From IMG/VR virus record IMGVR_UViG_3300014208_000430: 64,000 bases of DNA. One strand, 5' to 3'. Below the pieces are notes generated by a model. That model was not told the DNA's origin. It did no database searches and saw nothing but the letters and a program-made list of their open reading frames with translations. The translations under genes were made by a program, and so were the position numbers. Shown here piece after piece: positions 1 through 7,829 of this stretch. The stretch's first letter is position 1. Every line of letters starts with the position of its first letter. This DNA is from an uncultured virus (IMG/VR IMGVR_UViG_3300014208_000430). Lineage: Duplodnaviria > Heunggongvirae > Uroviricota > Caudoviricetes.

Positions 1-1666
1 TGCAACCAGTGTTGTTTGATTTGACATAGAAGTCTTGGAATTTTGTTCCGTTGTTCCAAAAGATTTTGATGGTGTGAGATGTTGATGGGTTTCTGTCGCA
101 TATTGTGTATCTTGCAGTGTTTGAAGAGTTTAGGGAAGATTCGTTGTAGGATGCATAAGTGGAGTTGAAGATTGTTGGGGTTATTGAAAAATTTGATAAG
201 TTTGTGTCATATGGATAGACATTCATATTTAGTTGATATTCGTATGCACCAATGTCATATGTTAATATTTTTGGTCGGATATCATTGTTGTAGTCTATTA
301 TTGATGTAAATGATAAAGTTCCATTATCTATAGCTGGTGATGTTAAATTCAAAGTAAAATTATTAGTTATATTATCATAAAATTGTGGATCTGATTGTAT
401 TGAGTCTGTTCCAAGATTTTCATTATATGTAGAATAACTCCAAGATTTATAATCATGTATTAAATTATTATTAATGTTTAAATTTGCAATATTTGCTGAG
501 TTGTTTGCAATTGAGAAATCTTGGTTTCCATCTAAAATATTGTTACAAACTGTCACATTGTCAAGAATTGGCAAACTGAAATATACATTTAAGCTAATTC
601 CACCAAACTCACTTGTTGTATCAAGTCCATTATTAACAATTGTATTAAAACATATTGAAACATTTTTTATAGTTTCTGATGAATTTGAACCTGGTATATC
701 TATTCCACTGTAATTATTGTTAGTGATTATATTATTATATATTGAGATGTCTGATACATATCCAGAGTATTCTGCTCCAACAGAGATTCCAGTTCCATAT
801 CTTCTGTTTGTTCCATTTACTTTATTATTGTAGATTGAAATGTTAGATGAATTTGTATTCCATCCATCTACATATATACCTGTAGAAACTACTCCATCAA
901 TAATATTATCGTGTATAGTTCCATTTTTGCATCCTATTTTACAATCAATACCTTCACCACCGTTTGCTGGATTGTCACCTTCTGTAATGTTATTATAAGA
1001 AATGTTAAAATCTGAAATGTAACTAGTCGCATCTCCAGAAATTCCTTGTAAAGATATAATTTCTTGTGAATTATCAGATGGTGGAACACCATGAACATTC
1101 TGACTCATGACATTTCTAGTAACAGTGTGATTGTTTCCAGTTCTAATAATAATTGCTGATGATGATGTATTTGTTATATTATTACCTTCAATCCATATAT
1201 TACTTACATGGTCGGCTCCAGAATCTAATACAAAAATTCCAACTGATGTTGAATTGATAATTTTAAAATCTTTTATTTTTATATAAGATTTCAATCCTCT
1301 AATACGTAATAATCCATCACCAAAACCATTAGAATCGATACCATCAGCAAGTGTTACTCCAAAACCATCGATAATAGCTCCCCATTTATTAGTTGAAATA
1401 AATGTAATGTAATTCTCAACTGAACCAGAATTGTCGATTGTTACTTGTTCTGAATAAGTTCCATTTGCAATATATACTGTATCACCAGCAGTTGCAACTG
1501 AACCTGCGTAATCTATTGTTAACCATGGATAATCTATTGTTCCATTATTATTATCATTTCCTAATTTTGAAACATAACAAGTTGGTGAACAATCGTATGA
1601 TGCTGATGATGGTTGAGATGTTAATATTATAATTAATAAAATAATAATTTTTAATAGAAGTTTCAT
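1..1666 (-). CDS. Secreted right-handed parallel beta-helix (pectate-lyase-like) protein; 3' end truncated by window; possible spike/host-glycan-binding protein
   Basis: Manually translated (absent from ORF track because it runs off the window): signal-like MKLLLKIIILLIIILTSQPSSA, DUF1565-like YVSKLGNDNNNGTIDYPWLTI..GDTVYIANGTYSE, many Asn-rich 'ISIYNN' coils, C-terminal LTSPAIDNG...DIGAYE motif. Confidence 0.8.
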   Translation of the reverse strand, partial: MKLLLKIIILLIIILTSQPSSASYDCSPTCYVSKLGNDNNNGTIDYPWLTIDYAGSVATAGDTVYIANGTYSEQVTIDNSGSVENYITFISTNKWGAIIDGFGVTLADGIDSNGFGDGLLRIRGLKSYIKIKDFKIINSTSVGIFVLDSGADHVSNIWIEGNNITNTSSSAIIIRTGNNHTVTRNVMSQNVHGVPPSDNSQEIISLQGISGDATSYISDFNISYNNITEGDNPANGGEGIDCKIGCKNGTIHDNIIDGVVSTGIYVDGWNTNSSNISIYNNKVNGTNRRYGTGISVGAEYSGYVSDISIYNNIITNNNYSGIDIPGSNSSETIKNVSICFNTIVNNGLDTTSEFGGISLNVYFSLPILDNVTVCNNILDGNQDFSIANNSANIANLNINNNLIHDYKSWSYSTYNENLGTDSIQSDPQFYDNITNNFTLNLTSPAIDNGTLSFTSIIDYNNDIRPKILTYDIGAYEYQLNMNVYPYDTNLSNFSITPTIFNSTYASYNESSLNSSNTARYTICDRNPSTSHTIKIFWNNGTKFQDFYVKSNNTGC

Positions 1667-1676
1667 TTTAATTCCT

Positions 1677-1871
1677 TCAGGTTTCAACATCTACACCGAT
1701 TGATCCATCAGATGGATCATAGTACATATTTATAATTTTTTGTTTTCCAGCAGGAGGATTACTTGGAATATTTGAATTTAATGAAGTGTCTATATCCTTA
1801 TGACTTCGTGATCCAGTTTCACCTAAGTCTGCATGATCTACTATAAAAACTTTTTTTCTATCGCTTGACAT
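1677..1871 (-). CDS. Hypothetical protein (64 aa)
   Basis: ORF track; tightly packed and co-oriented upstream of the beta-helix gene. Confidence 0.55.
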   Translation of the reverse strand: MSSDRKKVFIVDHADLGETGSRSHKDIDTSLNSNIPSNPPAGKQKIINMYYDPSDGSIGVDVET

Positions 1872-1900
1872 TTTAATTCTCTGACTTAATGTATAATTGA

Positions 1901-2182
1901 TTATTTTACAGGAATTTTTACTGTTATAAAGTTCTTTTTTATAGGTTGTTCTTGTTTAGGTTCTGGAACTTTTTCTATAATATTTTTGTTGATATATTCA
2001 TTTCCAGTAAACTCTTTTGATTTGGTGTTTATAAAAGCTGGTATATTTTCTGTTGAAACTTTTGGTTCAGTATTTGTATAACTTGGAGTTGTATTAGTTG
2101 TTTCTTTTATTTGTGTACTTATAAAATTTGGACTTCTATTATCTTCAACAACTTTTGGTTTATTTATATTAAATGGTAACAT
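1901..2182 (-). CDS. Hypothetical low-complexity protein (93 aa)
   Basis: ORF track; GAGG SD-like motif upstream; P.FI.T motif occurs twice. Confidence 0.55.
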   Translation of the reverse strand: MLPFNINKPKVVEDNRSPNFISTQIKETTNTTPSYTNTEPKVSTENIPAFINTKSKEFTGNEYINKNIIEKVPEPKQEQPIKKNFITVKIPVK

Positions 2183-2198
2183 TATTTCCTCATGCTTA

Positions 2199-2333
2199 TT
2201 AGACTGATAATTTATGGTAAGATTCCATATATTTTATATTTTCTGTGTAAATCTTATAAGTTTCACAAGATTTACAATTTAAGGATTCATTATTACATAT
2301 TTTATTTGCGTATTTACATCTATTATTGTTCAT
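2199..2333 (-). CDS. Small Cys-rich protein (44 aa)
   Basis: Manual translation MNNNRCKYANKICNNESLNCKSCETYKIYTENIKYMESYHKLSV; AGGA upstream. Confidence 0.45.
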   Translation of the reverse strand: MNNNRCKYANKICNNESLNCKSCETYKIYTENIKYMESYHKLSV

Positions 2334-2599
2334 GAGTATTTGTCCTTTATTTATAAAATATGTAAAGTATTAATATGTAAATTTGATAATTAAAAAAAGA
2401 TTGTGAGTGTGGCATTTGAGAAGATGAATGCCACAACTCTAAACTCATCTGAGTTTGTTTCGGAGGTTTTCTCTATTTCTTGGAAAACTAGAATAAAAGA
2501 ATTGTGTGTTTATAAAATTCTTTTTTACTTGGTGATAACTTTTATTATATTTGCTATGTTAAGTTATCAGTATTCTTAAAAATTTATGATTATAAATAT

Positions 2600-2629
2600 A
2601 AGATTATAGAAACTTAGTTCTATAATCTT
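2600..2629 (-). terminator. Perfect 12-bp hairpin downstream of the putative capsid gene (terminator or mRNA-stability element)
   Basis: aagattatagaa-acttag-ttctataatctt, 50 nt after the stop at 2680. Confidence 0.45.
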
Positions 2630-2679
2630 TGTGTATTAAACAACTATGTTATAAAAGTTGTTTAGTCCACTGTACGCAA

Positions 2680-3270
2680 TCACTCCTCTTTCGACCATAA
2701 ATCTGCGTCGAGTGAGAATCTTGTATTTGCAGTGGGCATGTTTGATGGCACTGCAGCCTGGGCTATTGTACCAAGAGTGTTGACAATATATATTCTCAAT
2801 CTCTGTTCACCATTGAGTTCTACACCTTGCTTGAATCTATACCATTCAGGGTCATTCTTATATGTAACTGTTGCAGTATTAGCTGCACCTGCCTGTTTGG
2901 TCAAGTTTACGTCAGCATAGAATACTCTTGCGAGCTGGACTACTGCTTCTGAAGACTTTTCCTTAGTGATTCTGATCTTGGTATTGAATGCAAGTTCATT
3001 TTCTGCTGAATCAGCGAACCTAATTCTTAATGCATGAGCTGTTCTTGCATCAGCGCCACCGCTGACTTGCTGTGTTCCCTGAATCGTAATCTTCTGACCT
3101 GCTGGTGCACGTACATCAATTGCCCAGTTCGTTGCGTTAGCTGCAACAGCCTGAAGAGTTACAATGTTCGTATTCAATTCATCAATGGATAACTGTTCAC
3201 GTCTCCATCCTTTGTTCTCAAGATATTCAACATATTCATCATATCTTGACTTAGTTGCGATATTTACCAT
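2680..3270 (-). CDS. Putative major capsid/structural protein, predicted beta-sandwich (single-jelly-roll-like); paralog of 37059-37598 and 37615-38115
   Basis: ORF track 2680-3282; better start ATG 3270 (MVNIATK) behind a GGTGA SD. Visibly GC-richer than the surroundings, alternating beta-strand pattern (IDVRAP, ITIQG, LRIRF, IRITKE, LRIYIV, FSLDAD), size ~196 aa. The fold is inference only. Confidence 0.6.
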   Translation of the reverse strand: MVNIATKSRYDEYVEYLENKGWRREQLSIDELNTNIVTLQAVAANATNWAIDVRAPAGQKITIQGTQQVSGGADARTAHALRIRFADSAENELAFNTKIRITKEKSSEAVVQLARVFYADVNLTKQAGAANTATVTYKNDPEWYRFKQGVELNGEQRLRIYIVNTLGTIAQAAVPSNMPTANTRFSLDADLWSKEE

Positions 3271-3329
3271 AATTTTATTCACCTTTTATTTACATTTAAA
3301 TTTAAAAAATTTACAATTGATCAATAGTC

Positions 3330-4070
3330 TTAGAGCATTCCGTACATTGATGCTACAGAGTCGGTTTCACCAGCGAACTGGAGTCCTGCTTTATTCATTG
3401 CACCAAATCGTCTTTCTCTTTCTTCTATCAATGGAGGAGCCATTGCACCATAGTTCTTGCGCCTATTTTCTGCTTCTGGTGTTGATTGCATCATACCAAA
3501 TCTGGTATCATGTGACTGTGGAGGTGCAAGTTCTCTAACATTAACTGTTGGTGCACTTGCAAGTTTACTCATTGCCTGATTTAACTGGCTTCTAAGTGAA
3601 CTGTTTTCCTGAACCATTCTCTGAACATTAGACTGAAGTTGCTGAACATTACCATTTGATCGTGAAGCGTCTTCACCCATAATATCTATATTCCAAACTC
3701 TAAATGGTTTTGGTGCAAACTGATTAGTTATTCTTCCAAATGTATCAAGAGCTATTGATGCCATTAAACCTTTTCTTCCGTCTACAAGCATAGCTGTAGG
3801 CATATCAGTTCTTGCATCTGCTGTTGGGTCTTCAACATACTTTTTTATACCATACCAAATTAAACCTTTTGTTGCATTATTTGCAACATAAGCAAGTATT
3901 TTATCTTGCATTGGTGATGATGTTGTTACACCACTCTTAAATACTTTTTCTACACGTTTACCAGCCATTCCACCAATAAACAATCCACCAATTACTGCTC
4001 CACCTTCGATAAGTGCAGTAGATGCTGATTGTCCTAGTTTTTGTCTGGCTGTTTCAAATGTCATTGCCAT
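3330..4070 (-). CDS. Putative virion membrane/scaffold protein with Gly-rich hydrophobic N-terminus, coiled coil and repeated [FY]G[AM]M motifs
   Basis: ORF track; GGAVIGGLFIGGMAG segment, QQLQSNVQRMVQENSSLRSQLNQ coil, GGAG SD; directly upstream of the putative capsid gene. Confidence 0.55.
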   Translation of the reverse strand: MAMTFETARQKLGQSASTALIEGGAVIGGLFIGGMAGKRVEKVFKSGVTTSSPMQDKILAYVANNATKGLIWYGIKKYVEDPTADARTDMPTAMLVDGRKGLMASIALDTFGRITNQFAPKPFRVWNIDIMGEDASRSNGNVQQLQSNVQRMVQENSSLRSQLNQAMSKLASAPTVNVRELAPPQSHDTRFGMMQSTPEAENRRKNYGAMAPPLIEERERRFGAMNKAGLQFAGETDSVASMYGML

Positions 4071-4091
4071 ATTTTCTTTTCTCCTTTAATT

Positions 4092-4160
4092 TTATCTTCT
4101 AGGGTAGGAACACCTTCCGGTGCTCCTATTTCTATGGTTTCCGCCTTTACATTTCTTCAT
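4092..4160 (-). CDS. Tiny basic protein 8 (22 aa) MKKCKGGNHRNRSTGRCSYPRR
   Basis: Manual translation; AGGT upstream; fills the gap in the tandem array. Confidence 0.55.
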   Translation of the reverse strand: MKKCKGGNHRNRSTGRCSYPRR

Positions 4161-4193
4161 TTTATTACCTGTTTATTAACTAATTGGTAATTA

Positions 4194-4400
4194 TTACATT
4201 TCCCATGTTGCTTCGGGAATAGCACCAGTGTAAGGTGATTCAGAAGATGTTGATCCTTTCTTTCTTCCTCCTTTTCCTTTGCGTCTCTTTGTGCTAATTT
4301 TCATCTTTGCTAAACTACAGGTTGTCTTTACTCTAATGTGATTACCCACCTTTTTAACAGTGGCAGTGCACTTCTTTCTTGCTTTTCCTTTCTTAACCAT
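4194..4400 (-). CDS. Small basic protein 7 (68 aa), C-x16-C, paralog of 4406-4531
   Basis: ORF track 4194-4427; likely start ATG 4400 (MVKKGKARKKCTATVKKVGNHIRVKTTC...), since the longer start overlaps the upstream gene. Confidence 0.75.
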   Translation of the reverse strand: MVKKGKARKKCTATVKKVGNHIRVKTTCSLAKMKISTKRRKGKGGRKKGSTSSESPYTGAIPEATWEM

Positions 4401-4405
4401 TAGAA

Positions 4406-4531
4406 TCACTTCTTTTTCATTGGACAATTTGCAGTCACAACAACTTTACCCTTTCGGATAGAAGATGTCGTTTTGCAGGGCTTCTTGGTCTTTCGACCCT
4501 TACCTTTCTTACCTTTCTTTCCTTTTGCCAT
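4406..4531 (-). CDS. Small basic protein 6 (41 aa) MAKGKKGKKGKGRKTKKPCKTTSSIRKGKVVVTANCPMKKK
   Basis: Manual translation; AGGA SD; same C-x16-C spacing as neighbour. Confidence 0.75.
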   Translation of the reverse strand: MAKGKKGKKGKGRKTKKPCKTTSSIRKGKVVVTANCPMKKK

Positions 4532-4545
4532 AATTTATTCCTAAA

Positions 4546-4641
4546 TTATCTCTTAGATTTTCTTCCACGTCTGGTTCTCTTTCTCTTTCCACATTTTCCA
4601 TTAGCTTTCAATACACATCTACATTTCTTTCTTGCTGCCAT
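4546..4641 (-). CDS. Small basic protein 5 (31 aa) MAARKKCRCVLKANGKCGKRKRTRRGRKSKR
   Basis: Manual translation; GGAG SD; CxC-x4-NGKC shared with 4659-4763. Confidence 0.75.
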   Translation of the reverse strand: MAARKKCRCVLKANGKCGKRKRTRRGRKSKR

Positions 4642-4658
4642 AATATACTCCTTGAATT

Positions 4659-4763
4659 CTATTTTCTTGAATGTCTTGACTGTTTTTTCTTTATGTTCTT
4701 AGAGCGCTTTGCGCATTTACCATTTCTTTTTATGCATTCACAGCGACTTTTCTTTTTCGCCAT
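4659..4763 (-). CDS. Small basic protein 4 (34 aa) MAKKKSRCECIKRNGKCAKRSKNIKKKQSRHSRK
   Basis: Manual translation; GGTGA SD; CxC...NGKC.KR shared with 4546-4641. Confidence 0.75.
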   Translation of the reverse strand: MAKKKSRCECIKRNGKCAKRSKNIKKKQSRHSRK

Positions 4764-4786
4764 AAATTCACCTTGAAATTGTGTAA

Positions 4787-4912
4787 TTATCTTTTCTTGT
4801 GTATTAAGCAACTCTTTCTGCGGACGCCTCTTACACCAGTAATTTTTCCATGTAGTTTGCGATAAATCTTAAGCTTTCTGCAGCTTGTTCCTTTACTTTT
4901 CTTTCTTGCCAT
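4787..4912 (-). CDS. Small basic protein 3 (41 aa) MARKKSKGTSCRKLKIYRKLHGKITGVRGVRRKSCLIHKKR
   Basis: Manual translation; AGGA SD; C-x23-C with YR..HG.I shared with 4941-5084. Confidence 0.75.
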   Translation of the reverse strand: MARKKSKGTSCRKLKIYRKLHGKITGVRGVRRKSCLIHKKR

Positions 4913-4940
4913 AATTATTTCCTTTATTTAATATTTTTAT

Positions 4941-5084
4941 TCAAAAACATGCTTTGTGTACATATCCTTTTGTCTTTATAATTCTTCCATGACGTCTTCG
5001 ATATACACCAATTTTCTTGCAACCAGTGGGTTCTCTGTATTTAGTTTTACCCTTTGGTCTGCCTACTTTTCTATGTCTTGCCAT
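4941..5084 (-). CDS. Small basic protein 2 (47 aa) MARHRKVGRPKGKTKYREPTGCKKIGVYRRRHGRIIKTKGYVHKACF; AT-hook-like GRPK
   Basis: Manual translation; GAGGT SD; C-x23-C paralog of 4787-4912. Confidence 0.75.
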   Translation of the reverse strand: MARHRKVGRPKGKTKYREPTGCKKIGVYRRRHGRIIKTKGYVHKACF

Positions 5085-5086
5085 AA

Positions 5087-5245
5087 TTACCTCATTTTCT
5101 TAATTTTGGCTTTTACACATGCTCTAAATCGAACACCTTTCTTTCCTTTACAGGCTCGTGCAGACCTTGCAAGTTTAGAACCTCTTCCACCCTTGTGTCC
5201 ACCGCCTTTGCCTGAGGCACTTCCGCCTATTGTGCAACATTTCAT
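5087..5245 (-). CDS. Small basic Gly/Lys-rich protein 1 (52 aa) MKCCTIGGSASGKGGGHKGGRGSKLARSARACKGKKGVRFRACVKAKIKKMR
   Basis: ORF track 5087-5296 (TTG start); ATG 5245 preceded by GAGGT SD is more plausible. Confidence 0.75.
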   Translation of the reverse strand: MKCCTIGGSASGKGGGHKGGRGSKLARSARACKGKKGVRFRACVKAKIKKMR

Positions 5246-5328
5246 ATTTTGTTTACCTCGTTTATCTATGTATATTCGATTCCTATATAACAACAAAAAT
5301 TTGATTTAAAAATGATTTAAAATTTACT

Positions 5329-5850
5329 TTATGTATTTATTGTTCGAACGTGATAATGTTCCCATTCTTCTTTTGGATGTAATACTACAAATAAAGATTT
5401 ATCTTTACATACCATTTTATTTCCTTTTTTCTTTAGATCTTCAAATTCACATCCTGCATATACTAAGTGACCATTCACTGGATATGATTCAACTTTAGAA
5501 TTATCAGGAATTTTCTCCCAAATAACAGAAACATACTCTTTACCATTCTGTGTGACATAATCCAGGTCAGGTATTTTAAACAAGTCATTTTTAATTTCAT
5601 CATCTGTCATTGACCAGTATATATTTTTGTCACCATCTTCATCAGTTTGAACAACAGATATACGTTCTTCTATCATATATAGTTTAATGTCGGGATGATT
5701 CAAAGGATTAATACTTTCAAGTTTATTGTAATTAACTTTAGGTGGTTCGAATCCAGTGTCTAATTCATCATTTGGCATGAAACATTTGAAAATTTCAGTT
5801 TTACCATCAACAAATTTAATTATCATTGGGTATAAACATGGGCATGTCAT
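5329..5850 (-). CDS. Hypothetical protein (173 aa), first gene of the putative structural operon
   Basis: ORF track; AGGA SD; acidic, with Cys/His clusters at the ends. Confidence 0.7.
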   Translation of the reverse strand: MTCPCLYPMIIKFVDGKTEIFKCFMPNDELDTGFEPPKVNYNKLESINPLNHPDIKLYMIEERISVVQTDEDGDKNIYWSMTDDEIKNDLFKIPDLDYVTQNGKEYVSVIWEKIPDNSKVESYPVNGHLVYAGCEFEDLKKKGNKMVCKDKSLFVVLHPKEEWEHYHVRTINT

Positions 5851-5959
5851 CGATAAATTTCCTTATTATTGTTATTAAATTTGCTAAAGTTTTTCTGATT
5901 TTCTTAATAATATTTCAGATTAGAGGGCGGTCTAGTATAAGTCTATCATAGATTTCTAA

Positions 5960-5978
5960 GTATATAAATAGTTTTTTT
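5960..5978 (-). promoter_or_regulatory. Archaeal BRE/TATA promoter candidate for the structural operon
   Basis: Minus strand AAAAAAACTATTTATATAC about 110 nt upstream of 5850. Confidence 0.4.
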
Positions 5979-6155
5979 GATTTTCATAAAAAGGGATGAT
6001 TATTATATAATTATCAGTAGACTTTGTATATAATATTATTTTTTAATATAATATTTAAGTTATACAATAAATTTTAAATACTATTAGGTCTTATAGATAG
6101 TTGTATAATTTAGATTAATATTTAAATTATATTAATATAATAAGGAAGTATTAAA

Positions 6156-6329
6156 ATGTTAAGACGAATAGAACAAAGAAAATTAACAAAAACACCAACT
6201 CATGCAGTTATAGCATTAAATAGGCAAACTTTAGAATTGTGCGGATTTCCAACTGGCGAAGAGTATAATGTAATATATGAAGATGGAAAAATAACAATCG
6301 TAAAAGAAGTAAAATCTGTAGAACTCTAG
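6156..6329 (+). CDS. AbrB/MazE/SpoVT-like swapped-hairpin DNA-binding protein (57 aa)
   Basis: Manual translation MLRRIEQRKLTKTPTHAVIALNRQTLELCGFPTGEEYNVIYEDGKITIVKEVKSVEL; RKL...VI.L....L...GF..G....V..EDGKI.I pattern; AGGA SD. Confidence 0.65.
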   Translation: MLRRIEQRKLTKTPTHAVIALNRQTLELCGFPTGEEYNVIYEDGKITIVKEVKSVEL

Positions 6330-6342
6330 TTTAAGGTTAATT

Positions 6343-7323
6343 ATGAAGACAAATAATTGGACAGAAGAACAAATTACCGATCTAAGAGAAAAATACTTAT
6401 ATTATCTTGATCATAAAGAAGAAGCAGAAGAAAAGTTTAAGAGAAAATGGAACAATATTTACAATAAAGCTCGAATGTTAAGTATAACATCAATGAAAAT
6501 AAACAAAAAATGTACAACGTTTCTTGGTTGTCATGTTGCAGAAAAATTGTTGAGTTATATTTTCAAAGATGTAAAGAAAATGCCTTACGGAAATCCTGGT
6601 TATGACTTTATTTGTAATAAAGGATATAAGATAGATGTAAAATCTTCCACTTTGCACAAGAATAAATATTATACATTTTCTATAAAGAAAAATAAAATAG
6701 CAGACTATTTTTTATGTATCGGATTTAATAATATAGATGATTTAGAACCGCAGAAGTTGTGGTTAATAAAAGGAGAATTGTGTAATGAAATTGTATCGTT
6801 AACAATAACAAATACAGAAAATGATTTAGAATCTTTTAAAGATTATGAATTACCTTTAAAATTAAAAGAAGCAATAAATTGTTGTGAACTATTAAAAAGA
6901 AAAGAAACACAATTAACATCAGAGGAACAATTAAAACTAATAGAGAACAAAAAGAAATTTGAAATTGTAAATTTTAATTTTAAAATTGACAATAAAAAAT
7001 TAGATAAACTAGAAATACAATATACAAATATTGTAAGAATGATTACAGATAGAAGATTTTACAAGGATGATTATATAAAAATTATCGAAGAACAAAAAGT
7101 TGAGATTGAGAATCGTGTTCTAAATACAGATTATATGAAATTAATTGAAGATGAAGCAAAAGAATTAAATAAATTAATACAAAGAAAAGAAACATACAAA
7201 TCTAAAAGTTGTATTGATCAAATTGAAGATGTTATAGAATTATCAATGAATCAAATAATAAAACTAGATAAGTTAAACGATTTCAAAGAAAGACTTGAAA
7301 AGTGTATTTACTATTTAGATTGA
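6343..7323 (+). CDS. Putative PD-(D/E)xK endonuclease with N-terminal helical (WTEEQ) motif and coiled-coil tail
   Basis: AE...GYDFIC...KIDVKSS catalytic-like motif followed by ADYFLCIGF. Confidence 0.6.
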   Translation: MKTNNWTEEQITDLREKYLYYLDHKEEAEEKFKRKWNNIYNKARMLSITSMKINKKCTTFLGCHVAEKLLSYIFKDVKKMPYGNPGYDFICNKGYKIDVKSSTLHKNKYYTFSIKKNKIADYFLCIGFNNIDDLEPQKLWLIKGELCNEIVSLTITNTENDLESFKDYELPLKLKEAINCCELLKRKETQLTSEEQLKLIENKKKFEIVNFNFKIDNKKLDKLEIQYTNIVRMITDRRFYKDDYIKIIEEQKVEIENRVLNTDYMKLIEDEAKELNKLIQRKETYKSKSCIDQIEDVIELSMNQIIKLDKLNDFKERLEKCIYYLD

Positions 7324-7328
7324 TTATT

Positions 7329-7829
7329 TTATTTCATCAAATATTTTATTACAGACATCTTAAATCCTTCTTTCATGTATATATTTTTATTTCTACATGC
7401 TTTTGATAAACATTTCCAAGTATTTTTTCCAACTTCTAATTTTATTTCTGTCTCCTTACCTACATTTTTTATAATATCTTCCTTTTTCAATATACCTTCT
7501 ACATGAACTTTATCTATCCATCTTTCTATCATTAAATCATTCAACGATTTTTCATCTATAGATTTATTAGTCACCATTGACAAAGTATCTAATATTATTT
7601 TTGTTTCATTATCTACATATAATCGAACAAATATAGATGGATTGTCTTCATTTACAAATTCCATTCCATTATTATAATATTTCTTAGATGCTTCATTTTT
7701 AAATTGTTTATAATCTGAATTATAAGTTATTCCTAACATTTTACACACAGATTCATAATCTTTGTTAAAGTATAAAGTTATTAAATTCTGTAGAATAACT
7801 GTTATGTCGGTTGGTTTTTCAAAATCCAT
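7329..7829 (-). CDS. Hypothetical protein, possibly with two ribbon-helix-helix-like segments
   Basis: ORF track; VRLYVDNETKIILD and IKLEVGKNTWKCL...SVIKYL strand-helix-helix patterns. Confidence 0.5.
   Translation of the reverse strand: MDFEKPTDITVILQNLITLYFNKDYESVCKMLGITYNSDYKQFKNEASKKYYNNGMEFVNEDNPSIFVRLYVDNETKIILDTLSMVTNKSIDEKSLNDLMIERWIDKVHVEGILKKEDIIKNVGKETEIKLEVGKNTWKCLSKACRNKNIYMKEGFKMSVIKYLMK

Noticed and set aside
4092..5245. Calling the basic peptides histones or ribosomal proteins
   Set aside because: Too short and lacking the helical hydrophobic pattern of a histone fold; no convincing match to small ribosomal proteins beyond composition.
5851..6155. tRNA or structured ncRNA in the larger intergenic gaps (also 44930-45160)
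   Set aside because: No cloverleaf or T-loop (GTTCGA-type) context with matching stems seen; the gaps are explained by promoters.
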